Origin: a virus
Lineage: Duplodnaviria; Caudoviricetes
Length of the DNA stretch: 38,004 nt
IMG/VR virus record: IMGVR_UViG_3300043372_000085
Span: 1-38,004 of that record
Direction: 5' to 3' (one strand)
Notes under the pieces: model-generated
The model's input: the letters and a program-made list of their open reading frames with translations, nothing else
Databases searched by the model: none
What the model was told of the DNA's origin: nothing
Shown: in pieces, positions 24,450-33,933 of the stretch
Position numbering within the stretch: position 1 is the stretch's first letter
Layout of the letters: each line of letters starts with the position of its first letter
Made by a program: the position numbers and the translations under genes

Positions 24450-26744
24450 TTAAGCAAGTCTTTTCTTTTCGGTAGATAGACGATTCTTTTCGGACTGAGC
24501 CCGCAACCGCTGGGCTGTCTGAGCATCTCGGAGAGCCATGCGTTGCCGAGCTTCCTCGCTCTTGATGGCGATCTTGGCATCCGAAGCTGCCCTATCAATT
24601 TGAGCGTCTGCCTGTACTTTCGCAATCTTAACTGCGTACTCGGCTTGCAACTTACCCCTAACATCATTGATCTGCATCTGCATGGCATCCTGAACTTGTT
24701 GCTGTTGCATCTTCGCCATGTTCTCTTGCTGTTGCCTCTGTTCGCTAGCGAGGCCCTCTCCCAATCTCTGCACGGCTTGGTTAACTTTATTGATGATGTC
24801 TTTAAACTGCCCAACCATAGCTTGCCGAGAAACGTCGGCGGATATCTGTTGCAAGTGCGAAGCCATGTGTGGCCCAGAAAGGGAGAGATATTTGAAAGCC
24901 TCAACGGGAGCAATGGCTCCTTGGCCGATGGCTTGTAAGAATCGAATAGCGTCCGCCCCGTGGATTTGGAGATGAACCGCGTGGTTCTCGCCAGCTTGAA
25001 CGGTAACCCCACGCCCGCCTTGCATAGAGTCATTCTCCAACTCCGCAATCTTAGCGTCAATTGGCAACCTCTGGGGAACGGCGGAAGGGGGAGCATATCT
25101 ATCGACTTGGTCGTAGCCAACACGAACCGCGATACGATCCCTCACTACATTCGCGCGACCTGTTTCGTCGAGCATCGGAATCATCTGCATAAATTCGTTG
25201 TACGCGAGTAAGCGAGCTTGAGCACTTCCGTAACCAACCGCTTTCATCGGGGTAACATCATAAACCTTTTTCAGAGCTTCTAGGGGAACTCCCCGAGCCC
25301 GAAGCCTCTTATGAAACTCTACAGCGATTTGACCACCGGGTTCGGTATCTTTCCAATTCCCCCGAGCCAAACGACGAAACTGCTCTTTGAGGAGTTTGCC
25401 CCAAGGGACATAATAAAAATTCTGAGCTTGGGTGGAAAGAACCGCTTCCTTCTCTAACTGGGCGCTAACCTCAGTCGCGGTGCGCTCTTGGGAAGAAGAA
25501 GAACTGATGACTTGAGCTGCGTAGCTTCCAGTATTATTCCGGCGGATAGAAGAGAGCTCTTGGGCAATCGGTAATGCGTTGTTCGCTAGATTCGGAGAAG
25601 TGCGCTCAACAATATTTAAATTTGGAGGCAAGATCGCCATCGGGCCATTATACGCAATAGTAAGATTCTGAAGATCATCCATAGTCTGTGGCTGGATCAT
25701 CACAGAAGTAGACAATAAAGTGGAATCGATTATGGCGTTCCTCAAACGGTTGTTGACTTGAATATGCGGATATATTTTGTAAGCCAGACCACGAATCGAA
25801 TGCAGGTTTCCGTTTGTCCCAATCCCGTAAGTAAATAAGACTAGAGCTTGATTTATGTTTTCAAACCTATTGTCCTTGCGGTATAAGAAATTATTATTGG
25901 AACCATCTCGTAAACCAATACAATGAGTCACTTTTCCGTCGAATTCTAAAATATAATAATGAATGGTTTGGATCTCGGCAGATCGGGCGAAAGAAAGCGA
26001 AAGGTCATTATCCTTAAGCATGATTTGAATTTCTTCCCACTCAAGTCTTGAACCACTCGTGTCTACGGGAACGGCGTTAATAATAGCTTTTCTGGCTTCG
26101 TCTACATCCCATCCAACAGCCCTAGCCGCCTTGGGGTCCTTGATATACTGATAAAGCTCATGGGCGTAATAATTTCGCCGAGCGCAACAAAACTCAATTC
26201 GACTATCCGAAGCGGCTATCCCACGAGGAACATAAAAATCTCGTAACCCAGCAACCTTCCATCTCCAATCTGTATCGTCCTCGAAGAAAGTAAAGCCAAC
26301 TCCGTAAGACACAAACTCATGGGCTAGTCTCTGTTGGTTATAGAAAAACTCGTCCCAGTCCTTTCGCAGAACCCTATCAAACTCTTCTGATATAACCTGT
26401 CCGTAGTTACCACGTTGGGTGTCATCCCCGTAGCTTGTTTTAACTAGAGCAAGTTGCGGGACACCATTTACAAGATCCGAGTAAGCGGATAGAGCGTATT
26501 CAAGGTCAGCGGAAGCTTCTAAAAAGTTTAAATTCGAACGATAAGACTGGCCGAGATTCCGCAAAGTGGTCGGATTATACGGTGGCTCACCGTCGAGCAT
26601 CGCTTGAACCCGTACCCTCTGGGCAGCACTCTCAACATCTGCGTTGAGTAAGTTAGTATATATTGAAAAAGCTGCAGCAGCATCTTTAAGCCTTGATTTT
26701 GGTGGTTTCCCGGAGGGGGAAATCGTCTCTAGGTTTTGGTCCAC
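24450..26744 (-). CDS. Portal protein (long, P22-like helical C-terminal barrel)
   Basis: 764 aa after terminase; ERTATEV portal motif; Gln/Ala-rich coiled C-terminus. Confidence 0.88.
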   Translation of the reverse strand: MDQNLETISPSGKPPKSRLKDAAAAFSIYTNLLNADVESAAQRVRVQAMLDGEPPYNPTTLRNLGQSYRSNLNFLEASADLEYALSAYSDLVNGVPQLALVKTSYGDDTQRGNYGQVISEEFDRVLRKDWDEFFYNQQRLAHEFVSYGVGFTFFEDDTDWRWKVAGLRDFYVPRGIAASDSRIEFCCARRNYYAHELYQYIKDPKAARAVGWDVDEARKAIINAVPVDTSGSRLEWEEIQIMLKDNDLSLSFARSAEIQTIHYYILEFDGKVTHCIGLRDGSNNNFLYRKDNRFENINQALVLFTYGIGTNGNLHSIRGLAYKIYPHIQVNNRLRNAIIDSTLLSTSVMIQPQTMDDLQNLTIAYNGPMAILPPNLNIVERTSPNLANNALPIAQELSSIRRNNTGSYAAQVISSSSSQERTATEVSAQLEKEAVLSTQAQNFYYVPWGKLLKEQFRRLARGNWKDTEPGGQIAVEFHKRLRARGVPLEALKKVYDVTPMKAVGYGSAQARLLAYNEFMQMIPMLDETGRANVVRDRIAVRVGYDQVDRYAPPSAVPQRLPIDAKIAELENDSMQGGRGVTVQAGENHAVHLQIHGADAIRFLQAIGQGAIAPVEAFKYLSLSGPHMASHLQQISADVSRQAMVGQFKDIINKVNQAVQRLGEGLASEQRQQQENMAKMQQQQVQDAMQMQINDVRGKLQAEYAVKIAKVQADAQIDRAASDAKIAIKSEEARQRMALRDAQTAQRLRAQSEKNRLSTEKKRLA

Positions 26745-26753
26745 GTTAAACTC

Positions 26754-26782
26754 TAAGTACTCAATTACGGGTTCAGGGTCAA
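26754..26782 (-). promoter_or_regulatory. Putative promoter TTGACC-N17-TACTTA, 9 nt before the portal GTG
   Basis: Same -10 hexamer and spacing as 3523-3551; -35 overlaps the terminase TGA. Confidence 0.5.
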
Positions 26783-28479
26783 GAATATAGTAGAGAGTCT
26801 ACTTTCTTAGCAAAATCTAAGAAGTTTTTGTATTTCCCGCCCCCAGCCACAATAGTCCCAGCTATGGCACTAGCTCTTTGGCGACAAGCATCTAGCATCA
26901 AAAAGGCTGCGTCTGCAATATCTGGCGACTTCCCAAACCTAGCTTTCATATCCCGCTTCGGCTCAACAAAGATTTTACCGCGTTCTGCGGTGCGGTATTG
27001 TCTGGCTACCAGCTCCTTGGCCAAGTCGATAGTAACCCCACGAATCTGCCCAGCTCGTAGAAACTCTCGCCCGACGTACCAAAGTTCAGATACTCGATTT
27101 CCGTAGGACTCATCTGCCTTTATGCGAGAGGTTCGACTAACCGGCATATTGCTGGGTCTCTCAGAGAATTTTACACGAAGTAATGAGGAGCTCCAGATGG
27201 TGGCTATGATGTCGCACAGGGGATCCCCCGCACCTGTGGCATCGACGGCTAGATATCTGGGTAACACGCCATACTTCTCGCATTCTACCCTTAGCGCCTG
27301 AGCAATCTGGTAGTTACGAGGGCTATCCCTTAAAGAAGAATTCTCCCGTAGCTCAACATACTTATCAAAATGCACAGTCATACCCGCATCCGTTTCACCG
27401 TATTTCCCCAAGAAGAGGATAGACCTATCTCCTCCGCTGGTGAAGCCCGGATCAAACCCCGCTACTGGGATCGGTTGTTTAGCTCCCACCCACATAGCTG
27501 GCTTATGCGCCTCGAACTTACGGAGATCGGCCTCGCTGTATATATTCTCTTCTGATCCCGCTGGGGCCGGGAAGGAACGAATAAATCTCCAGTACGATAG
27601 GGAGTTCTCGCCAAGACGCTTCCGATCCTCCTCTAGCTTCTTGCCAGTAAGTAAGAACGGCCATTTATCATCATGGTCTAAGTTGGGCGTCTTCTCTCCG
27701 TCCAGATGTAGACAAAAACCGTCCTTTGTTTCCCAACCATCCGCCTCAACAGTAATCGACTGCCAACCTTCTTTCGGCGTAACGAACTGACCGAACGGAT
27801 CGTAGGCTGAATTAAAATTACCACAGGCGACACATTGGAAGTAGGGGTTGGCGGAAAGGTTAGCGATTGCCTCAAAGATGGCGGGGGATACGTCCGTGGC
27901 CTCGTCTACCAAAAGGAATACCCGTTTGTTCTTCAGACCGAGCAGTTTCTCGGAAGCTTCCTTTTCTTTATCCTTGGCGGAAGGCACAAGGGTTATGCTC
28001 GATCGATCGCTACTACCTTCTTCCAATACAAGCTTCCCCATCGAGTCGACAAGTTTGCCCGGCATAATCTTTGCTTGCATATGACGCTCACGGACTCGGC
28101 CCCACATACGCTTCCGAGCCTCCCGAACAGATGTGGTGGTGACTAGAACAAGAGTATCGTACGGAGCGGAATACCAATTCACCAATCCCCACAACCCGAC
28201 CACCTCCGTCTTTGCAGAGGACTTAGGCCCAGAGATACCCAAGTACTCCCACTTACAAAGTTCAACGATTTGATCGTCAGCCCAAGGATTTCTTTGGAAC
28301 CCTTGCGGATTTTTCTTTGGGTGGTACGGCCAAAGCATCTCTACAACATTCCAAAAGTGTTGTTCTTTCCCGAGCCCGCCCTTGTCCATGGTGATTCCCT
28401 CTCGGAAAGCAAGTAACTCGATTGTCAGGGGAGTCGCTCCCTCAGGCCATATACGACCATACTTCTCGATTTGGGGCAC
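26779..28479 (-). CDS. terL: Terminase large subunit
   Basis: Walker A-like GPKSSAKT, Walker B FLLVDEA, coupling motif CGN, RNase H-like GFDPG...VDATG...SPDIADA. Confidence 0.9.
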   Translation of the reverse strand: MPQIEKYGRIWPEGATPLTIELLAFREGITMDKGGLGKEQHFWNVVEMLWPYHPKKNPQGFQRNPWADDQIVELCKWEYLGISGPKSSAKTEVVGLWGLVNWYSAPYDTLVLVTTTSVREARKRMWGRVRERHMQAKIMPGKLVDSMGKLVLEEGSSDRSSITLVPSAKDKEKEASEKLLGLKNKRVFLLVDEATDVSPAIFEAIANLSANPYFQCVACGNFNSAYDPFGQFVTPKEGWQSITVEADGWETKDGFCLHLDGEKTPNLDHDDKWPFLLTGKKLEEDRKRLGENSLSYWRFIRSFPAPAGSEENIYSEADLRKFEAHKPAMWVGAKQPIPVAGFDPGFTSGGDRSILFLGKYGETDAGMTVHFDKYVELRENSSLRDSPRNYQIAQALRVECEKYGVLPRYLAVDATGAGDPLCDIIATIWSSSLLRVKFSERPSNMPVSRTSRIKADESYGNRVSELWYVGREFLRAGQIRGVTIDLAKELVARQYRTAERGKIFVEPKRDMKARFGKSPDIADAAFLMLDACRQRASAIAGTIVAGGGKYKNFLDFAKKVDSLLYS

Positions 28480-28485
28480 GGGGCC

Positions 28486-28494
28486 AAGATATCA
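28486..28494 (-). promoter_or_regulatory. Extended -10 element TGA-TATCTT, 6 nt before the terL GTG
   Basis: TGnTAnnnT match in the divergent gap; no SD. Confidence 0.45.
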
Positions 28495-28528
28495 GATTGA
28501 GCTTGGCAAGCCACTCTTTTCGTACGAG

Positions 28529-29038
28529 ATGGTACGGATGATTGCAGTCGATCCTGGAGCGAGTGGTGGCATAGCGAGCATGACAGTCAACGGGAGTGTG
28601 AGCGCAGTTAAGATGCCCGAGACGGAGGGCGACGTGCTCAACCTATTACGCAATCTCAAAACCTACCACGACACCATATTCATAGAACAGGTCGGTGGAT
28701 ACATAGGGGGAGTGGGGAGTCCGGGATCGGCAATGTTTAATTTCGGTAGGGGCTTTGGATTCCTATTGGGGGTGGCTATGTCTTTAAACTATAGAATTGA
28801 AATGGTAAGACCGCAGACTTGGCAGAAAGCTTTGAGTCTGGGGAATAGCAAAAGTATGGCGAGCAAGACGGAATGGAAGAACAAGTTGAAGGCTGAGGCT
28901 CAAAGAAGATTCCCAACTTTAAGCGTGACATTATCTACGGCAGATGCACTATTGATACTCGAGTATGGAATCCATCACACTCTTCGAATGGCAGAAGGCG
29001 GGAGCGGAAGCACTGTTACAAAGCCTTCGGAGGAATAA
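28529..29038 (+). CDS. RuvC-like Holliday junction resolvase
   Basis: IAVDPGASGGIA, FIEQV, SAMFNFGRGFG, VRPQTWQK, ADALLI; start moved to 28529 (or 28538) to avoid overlap with terL. Confidence 0.88.
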   Translation: MVRMIAVDPGASGGIASMTVNGSVSAVKMPETEGDVLNLLRNLKTYHDTIFIEQVGGYIGGVGSPGSAMFNFGRGFGFLLGVAMSLNYRIEMVRPQTWQKALSLGNSKSMASKTEWKNKLKAEAQRRFPTLSVTLSTADALLILEYGIHHTLRMAEGGSGSTVTKPSEE

Positions 29039-30239
29039 TGTCGCGCTAGACGCCAGCGATACTGGCACGGGTAAGACGGCTAAAGCAGTTTGGTTAGCTC
29101 AACAATTAAAAGCGGACGTCATCGTCATCTGCCCGAAAGCAGTTATACCATCTTGGAAAGAGTGGTTGGATCGAGGGGGTATAACGCATGACGTTATAAA
29201 CTACGAAAAGCTAAAGACGGGCAAGACAAAGTTTGGAAAATGGAACGACGCCAAGAGTTGGGAGTGGTCTTTCAAAGGAGTTAAACTTTTAATTTTTGAC
29301 GAAGTCCACAGGTGCAAGGGGGCAACAAGCGTTAATGCTAAAATACTTACGGGGTCAAAGAAGCATCCAGTACTAATGCTATCCGCGACTGCCGCAGAGA
29401 ATCCGCTGGACATGCGAGCGACGGGGTTCATGTTGGGCCTACATGAATACCACGACTTCTACCGGTGGAATTACAAGATGGGTTGTCGACCTGCCCCATG
29501 GGGCCGTGGTCTGGCTTTCATGGGCGGAAAGAAAATGCTACAAGAAATTCACAGATCTATTTTTCCGGAGAAAGGACACCGCATCCGAATCGCTGACCTC
29601 GGGGACGCTTTCCCAAGCAACTCCGTGTTCGCCGACACATACGACATGGGGGACGTCGACAAAATCTACGAAACCATGCGGGAAGAACTTGCGAAACTCG
29701 CGGGCAAAAGGAAAAGCGAAAACCCGCTCACGATCAAACTCCGGGCAAGACAAAAAGCGGAGTTGATGCGTGTTCCTGTCTTTGTTGAACTCACAGAACA
29801 AGCCCTTGCGGAAGGAAATGCTGTCGTGGCTTTCTTTAATTTTCGACAATCGCTTGAAGCATACCAAAAGCTTGTCGGAGAGGAATCGGCAGAAATCATC
29901 GGCGATCAGAAGGATGAAGACCGTGTACAAAATATCGCGGACTTCCAAGCAAACAAAGTAAAAATATGTGCTTGCATGATTCAGGCGGGTGGTGTTGGAT
30001 TGTCCCTACATGACCTGCAAGGAGTACCAAGAATCAGTCTTATCGCGCCAACGTACTCGGCGATCGATACCAAGCAGGCTCTCGGAAGAATTCATCGTGC
30101 AGGAGCTTTGTCTCCCAGTAGGCAATACTTGCTTTTCGCCAATGGAACCGTCGAAACACAAATCGCTAGGAGCCTCCGTAGAAAACTTCGAAACATCGAA
30201 GCACTATCGGACGGGGACACATTAGGAGCAATACTATGA
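28965..30239 (+). CDS. Superfamily 2 (SNF2-like) helicase
   Basis: DTGTGKT, DEVH, SAT, GGVGLSL, QALGRIHR motifs. Confidence 0.92.
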   Translation: MESITLFEWQKAGAEALLQSLRRNNVALDASDTGTGKTAKAVWLAQQLKADVIVICPKAVIPSWKEWLDRGGITHDVINYEKLKTGKTKFGKWNDAKSWEWSFKGVKLLIFDEVHRCKGATSVNAKILTGSKKHPVLMLSATAAENPLDMRATGFMLGLHEYHDFYRWNYKMGCRPAPWGRGLAFMGGKKMLQEIHRSIFPEKGHRIRIADLGDAFPSNSVFADTYDMGDVDKIYETMREELAKLAGKRKSENPLTIKLRARQKAELMRVPVFVELTEQALAEGNAVVAFFNFRQSLEAYQKLVGEESAEIIGDQKDEDRVQNIADFQANKVKICACMIQAGGVGLSLHDLQGVPRISLIAPTYSAIDTKQALGRIHRAGALSPSRQYLLFANGTVETQIARSLRRKLRNIEALSDGDTLGAIL

Positions 30240-31327
30240 GCCACCATAAATACGGACCAAGTTCACTTAAGTGGAGGGAGATTTGTCCCGGATGGGACAA
30301 TGAACCGCAACCAAGTGAGGGAGGTTCTATCGCAGCCCTAGAGGGTACCATGATGCATTTGGCATTGGAGACTGGTAACTACGAGAACCTAGACGAATGG
30401 CAGAAGAAGAGTGTGCTGATGGTTGCGGATGTTTTCCAAGAGATGCGGAACGAGCTAGGGCCTATCGTCCATGATCTACCAGAAACTAAACTGGTGATTG
30501 CGGACGGTAAGACATTCGGCACTGCTGATATCGTTCTTATCGGGGAGAGCAAGGCGAAGATAGGGGATGCTAAATTCGGATGGCATCCCGTAGACGACGC
30601 AGAAGAGAACATTCAAGGTTGGGCGTATGCTGTGGGTGTATTCGAGAAATGGAAAACTATCGAGGAGATCGAGGTAGTGTTTGCCCAGCCAAGAATAAAT
30701 ATGATCAGTAGTCATACTTTTAATCGTGACAAAGATTACGAACGCCTTAGGCTCCGAGTTGAAACCATTATCGCTAGGGCTCAACAACCAAACCCGGAGT
30801 TAAATCCGACAGAGAAAGGATGTTTATATTGTGGAAACAAAGGAACCTGTAAAGCACTTCATAACAAAGCACTCGTTATTAGTAAACAATACGACGTGTT
30901 GCGAGACGCAGAGCTTTCGGTACTATCGGACCCGCTTACTCTTGCGACTCCTGACCAGAGGTCGCAAGCAGAATCTATCAGACGTGTTATGGAGAGGTGG
31001 TGCGACAGTGTCAAAAAATCCAATATGGACTACCGTATGTCGGGTTGTGAGATCCCAGGCTATGAACTCAAAACTCGTGCAGGTAAAAAAGAAATCATTG
31101 ACCCAACACAAACTTACGACATCATCAAAGAAAAATTAACCCCTGAACAATTTTCGGCTTGTGCCACGATTTCGTGGAGCAAGCTTGAAAAAGCCTACGC
31201 GGAAACATTTCCGCGTGGCCAAAAACAACAAGCAAAACAAGCCTTGGAGGACAAACTCAACGAAGCCAATCTATTGAAAGGCGGAGGAGAGGTGACCTAC
31301 TTGGCAAAAACCAAAGAAACAAACTAA
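30236..31327 (+). CDS. DUF2800/Cas4-like PD-(D/E)XK exonuclease
   Basis: HHKYGPSS...CPG, EGTMMH, GTAD...DAKFG, QxxxY, CLYC...C. Confidence 0.85.
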   Translation: MSHHKYGPSSLKWREICPGWDNEPQPSEGGSIAALEGTMMHLALETGNYENLDEWQKKSVLMVADVFQEMRNELGPIVHDLPETKLVIADGKTFGTADIVLIGESKAKIGDAKFGWHPVDDAEENIQGWAYAVGVFEKWKTIEEIEVVFAQPRINMISSHTFNRDKDYERLRLRVETIIARAQQPNPELNPTEKGCLYCGNKGTCKALHNKALVISKQYDVLRDAELSVLSDPLTLATPDQRSQAESIRRVMERWCDSVKKSNMDYRMSGCEIPGYELKTRAGKKEIIDPTQTYDIIKEKLTPEQFSACATISWSKLEKAYAETFPRGQKQQAKQALEDKLNEANLLKGGGEVTYLAKTKETN

Positions 31328-31333
31328 ACAAAT

Positions 31334-32086
31334 ATGAAGACATCATTTGCTCAACCAGCAACCAAACCCAAAGCAACAACCAAACCGACGGAAGTGAATG
31401 AGGAACTTAAAGAGGAAGGAGCTATTATCGAAGCTCCGATGGCTCAACTAGCCGTTAACACATTGGCAGGTCAAGTTGAAGGTGAATTCTCGGCAAAGGA
31501 CTTTACTGTCCCCCGCCTTAACCTAGTAGCCAAGACTGGCGAACTATCCAATACATTCCAGCCCGGAGCATTCGTTTACAACCGAGAGGTGGTAATCGGT
31601 GACGGGAAGAAGCCAGCCAAGATCACGTTCTTGCGGATCCAAAAGATCTATATGCAGGATGTGGTCTATGGTTCCGACCAGATTGCTAAGACCTTTAGCC
31701 GTCTAGCGGATGTACGGGCAGCAGGTGGTGCGCTAGCTAACGATCCGGAAGCCGAGGCTGATACCGATAGGTATACCGAAGCCCTCCAGACAATCGTGGC
31801 TATCGAGGCCCCAGATAAGAACAACCCCCTATTCCCATTTGCAGTCGGGGATAGCCAGTACGGGTTGGCTCAGTATCTGATGGCGAAGAGTGCCTACCGG
31901 TCTGCGGGTAAACAGGTGTTTACGGACAGTCAGCTATTCCTGAAGGCGGGATTGCACACCGCATGTTATGAGCTGACCAGCAAGATTCGTACGAGCCCAT
32001 CCGGTTCGTACTTCGTGCCCCATCTCAAAATTAGCAGTAAGCATTCCCCGGAATGCTGTGAACAACTGAAAGCAATATTCGGTTAA
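31334..32086 (+). CDS. Probable single-stranded DNA-binding/annealing protein
   Basis: DFTVPRLNLVAKTG motif; position after exonuclease; followed by terminator. Confidence 0.55.
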   Translation: MKTSFAQPATKPKATTKPTEVNEELKEEGAIIEAPMAQLAVNTLAGQVEGEFSAKDFTVPRLNLVAKTGELSNTFQPGAFVYNREVVIGDGKKPAKITFLRIQKIYMQDVVYGSDQIAKTFSRLADVRAAGGALANDPEAEADTDRYTEALQTIVAIEAPDKNNPLFPFAVGDSQYGLAQYLMAKSAYRSAGKQVFTDSQLFLKAGLHTACYELTSKIRTSPSGSYFVPHLKISSKHSPECCEQLKAIFG

Positions 32087-32092
32087 TCTTTT

Positions 32093-32133
32093 GGGGGGCA
32101 CTGGGCTATTCGGCTCAGTGCCTCTCATCTTTT
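32093..32133 (+). terminator. Intrinsic terminator
   Basis: GGGGGGCACTGGGC-TATTCG-GCTCAGTGCCTCTC followed by ATCTTTT. Confidence 0.75.
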
Positions 32134-32328
32134 ATGGATAGCATTTTATACTGGTTTTGGCTGTGGCTAGCTGGTAGGTGGTACAAATCAAGAGTGACTG
32201 GGATCAATAAAAACTCGGGAATAACTGAAGTACTCATCTTCTCCTGCGACCCATTAGACCCAAAAGGATTTGAAGAACTTATGGATAAGGTAGAAAACGT
32301 TAACAAAACCCCACAAGAGGAACCTTAA
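32134..32328 (+). CDS. Hypothetical protein
   Basis: 64 aa, in tightly packed plus-strand run. Confidence 0.5.
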   Translation: MDSILYWFWLWLAGRWYKSRVTGINKNSGITEVLIFSCDPLDPKGFEELMDKVENVNKTPQEEP

Positions 32329-32329
32329 A

Positions 32330-32473
32330 ATGTCTGGCTTCTTTATATGGTTGGGAGACCTAGTCGCTCAACTTATGTTCTGGGCCATTCTAATTGGGGT
32401 TTGTGTCTCTATGGTAGTATCAGCGATACTATTAATGGTGTGGCTATTTAACAAAATAAGGAACATGGATTAA
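32330..32473 (+). CDS. Small membrane protein (47 aa)
   Basis: Hand-translated MSGFFIWLGDLVAQLMFWAILIGVCVSMVVSAILLMVWLFNKIRNMD*; 1-nt gaps to both neighbours. Confidence 0.65.
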   Translation: MSGFFIWLGDLVAQLMFWAILIGVCVSMVVSAILLMVWLFNKIRNMD

Positions 32474-32474
32474 A

Positions 32475-32666
32475 ATGAAACATGATATAGATTGGCTTGT
32501 ACAAACTTTGGAACGCGGAAGTTTAATGTTAAAAGACATGAGGAAATCTTCCTCTCATGCGCAGAGCAATGCTATCCGAGCAGTAGCTTGTCAAATAGAC
32601 GCTGCAAAAATAATGGCTAAATTCATACAGAAAGGGGAATCCTTTGAGCCAACAAAATCAAACTGA
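32475..32666 (+). CDS. Hypothetical protein
   Basis: 63 aa helical, packed. Confidence 0.55.
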   Translation: MKHDIDWLVQTLERGSLMLKDMRKSSSHAQSNAIRAVACQIDAAKIMAKFIQKGESFEPTKSN

Positions 32667-32958
32667 ACTTGGGGCTCCCCCGTCAATAGCGGAAGTATCT
32701 GGCGAGGCTTTCTGTACCGTTACCAAGATTATGGAAGCTGGGTCGGATAAGAGTGTCTTTGGTCAATGGTTCTACACGGACAGTATCCGGTACAATGCAG
32801 ATAGGGCTATCGCTCATATCTGCCAATCGTTAATGCAATTGGATGGTAGTCGCCCCGATCCCGATGCCTTGGGCGAGAGTGGTATCGCCCATATGGAACG
32901 GGCTTTAGTTCGATGCGCCTTCCTCCTGTTCAAGATGAAGCGGGGAAAAACTAAATGA
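32644..32958 (+). CDS. Divergent dATP/dGTP diphosphohydrolase-like (DUF5664-like) protein
   Basis: IMEAGSDK..GQW...Y..DRAIAH...D...ESGIAHMERA follows the GAxKYxxxNW...RH...ESGxxHLAHA pattern. Confidence 0.5.
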   Translation: MSQQNQTELGAPPSIAEVSGEAFCTVTKIMEAGSDKSVFGQWFYTDSIRYNADRAIAHICQSLMQLDGSRPDPDALGESGIAHMERALVRCAFLLFKMKRGKTK

Positions 32959-33206
32959 GCGATGACTTCGGCCCAACGCAAAAACGTGAAAGCGTACGTA
33001 TGGGGGTATCGGGGCATAGCCGAGAGTTGAGCATGGCAGAGATTGCTAAATTTAATAAGGGTATGAATGATTTCTTCAAACGCCGAGGGATGGTCTACGG
33101 AGAGGGATTCCGAGGCATTATTAGCAGTGAAGTAAAACATGCAAACAAACGCAGAAAAGCAGCCGAAAATAAAGCTGGACAGGATCCAGATGAGGATGCA
33201 GGATAA
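32955..33206 (+). CDS. Hypothetical basic protein
   Basis: ATGA overlap with upstream gene. Confidence 0.6.
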   Translation: MSDDFGPTQKRESVRMGVSGHSRELSMAEIAKFNKGMNDFFKRRGMVYGEGFRGIISSEVKHANKRRKAAENKAGQDPDEDAG

Positions 33207-33507
33207 AAAACTCGAAAGGAAATACCAAATGAAAGAAATACTAAAAGCTATAAAATTACTACTACGGGGGAGATTGTATCTCCTGCCGATAGACTCGAAA
33301 GAAGAAACGGGATTGAGGCTCAATGCGGATAAAACAATAACTTTAATGTTCCCAGATCAAAAGTATTTAGATAAAGCGAAAGAACATACTATGACAGCAG
33401 TCATCATGTCTTTTTATATTATCGACTGTCTTCAGAATCTGGACGGTAAACACTTTAGTAGCTGGTTCAGGAAAACAATAAAAACAAAGAAAGGTAACAA
33501 TAAATGA
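33139..33507 (+). CDS. Hypothetical protein (true start probably later, 33190-33229)
   Basis: ATGA overlap with next gene; several in-frame ATGs. Confidence 0.55.
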   Translation: MQTNAEKQPKIKLDRIQMRMQDKKLERKYQMKEILKAIKLLLRGRLYLLPIDSKEETGLRLNADKTITLMFPDQKYLDKAKEHTMTAVIMSFYIIDCLQNLDGKHFSSWFRKTIKTKKGNNK

Positions 33508-33764
33508 CATCAGTAATGGTTCAATGCAAGTATGATCAAGAGGGTAAGGGAATGGATTTTGAAATCCGTATGTCCCAAGACGAAAGCGTATGTAACGAGG
33601 AGAAGTCCGCGGCAATGTTCCTATTGCCTTACGTTCAGAAGGCTCTCGAACTCGGAATGGATGACGCCAACAAGAAGCTTGGTGGCACTATTGTCGAGAA
33701 ACCAGCCGAGAGCGTAATTGAAACATCTCTCGATGGTGGTCCAACCATTGTGACCTTGGACTAG
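33504..33764 (+). CDS. Hypothetical acidic protein
   Basis: AAAGG SD-like sequence, ATGA coupling. Confidence 0.6.
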   Translation: MTSVMVQCKYDQEGKGMDFEIRMSQDESVCNEEKSAAMFLLPYVQKALELGMDDANKKLGGTIVEKPAESVIETSLDGGPTIVTLD

Positions 33765-33765
33765 T

Positions 33766-33924
33766 ATGCTCATGGGTTTAATCATCTTCGTAAGCTTGGT
33801 TCCAAGCTACATCATCGGTTACTTCCTCGGCATGAACGCCGAGCGTGATCGGTGGGTTAAACAGATCAGGCGTGAGGAAATCTTGAGGCACACATCTCAG
33901 GGCAGTACTTTTTGGCAGAAATAA
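33766..33924 (+). CDS. Small single-pass membrane protein (52 aa)
   Basis: Hand-translated MLMGLIIFVSLVPSYIIGYFLGMNAERDRWVKQIRREEILRHTSQGSTFWQK*; 1 nt after upstream stop. Confidence 0.6.
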   Translation: MLMGLIIFVSLVPSYIIGYFLGMNAERDRWVKQIRREEILRHTSQGSTFWQK

Positions 33925-33933
33925 AATTAGGTT

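Noticed and set aside
24419-25123. 234-aa alternative-frame ORF overlapping the portal 3' end
   Set aside because: Arg/Leu/Cys composition expected from off-frame reading of Ala/Gln-rich codons; no start signal
28382-28528. N-terminal extension of the RuvC-like ORF given in the track
   Set aside because: Would overlap terL head-to-head; the RuvC fold begins at MIAVDPG
30236-31327. Cas4-like nuclease as evidence of a CRISPR system
   Set aside because: No repeat-spacer array or other cas genes seen; solo Cas4/DUF2800 nucleases are routine in phage replication modules
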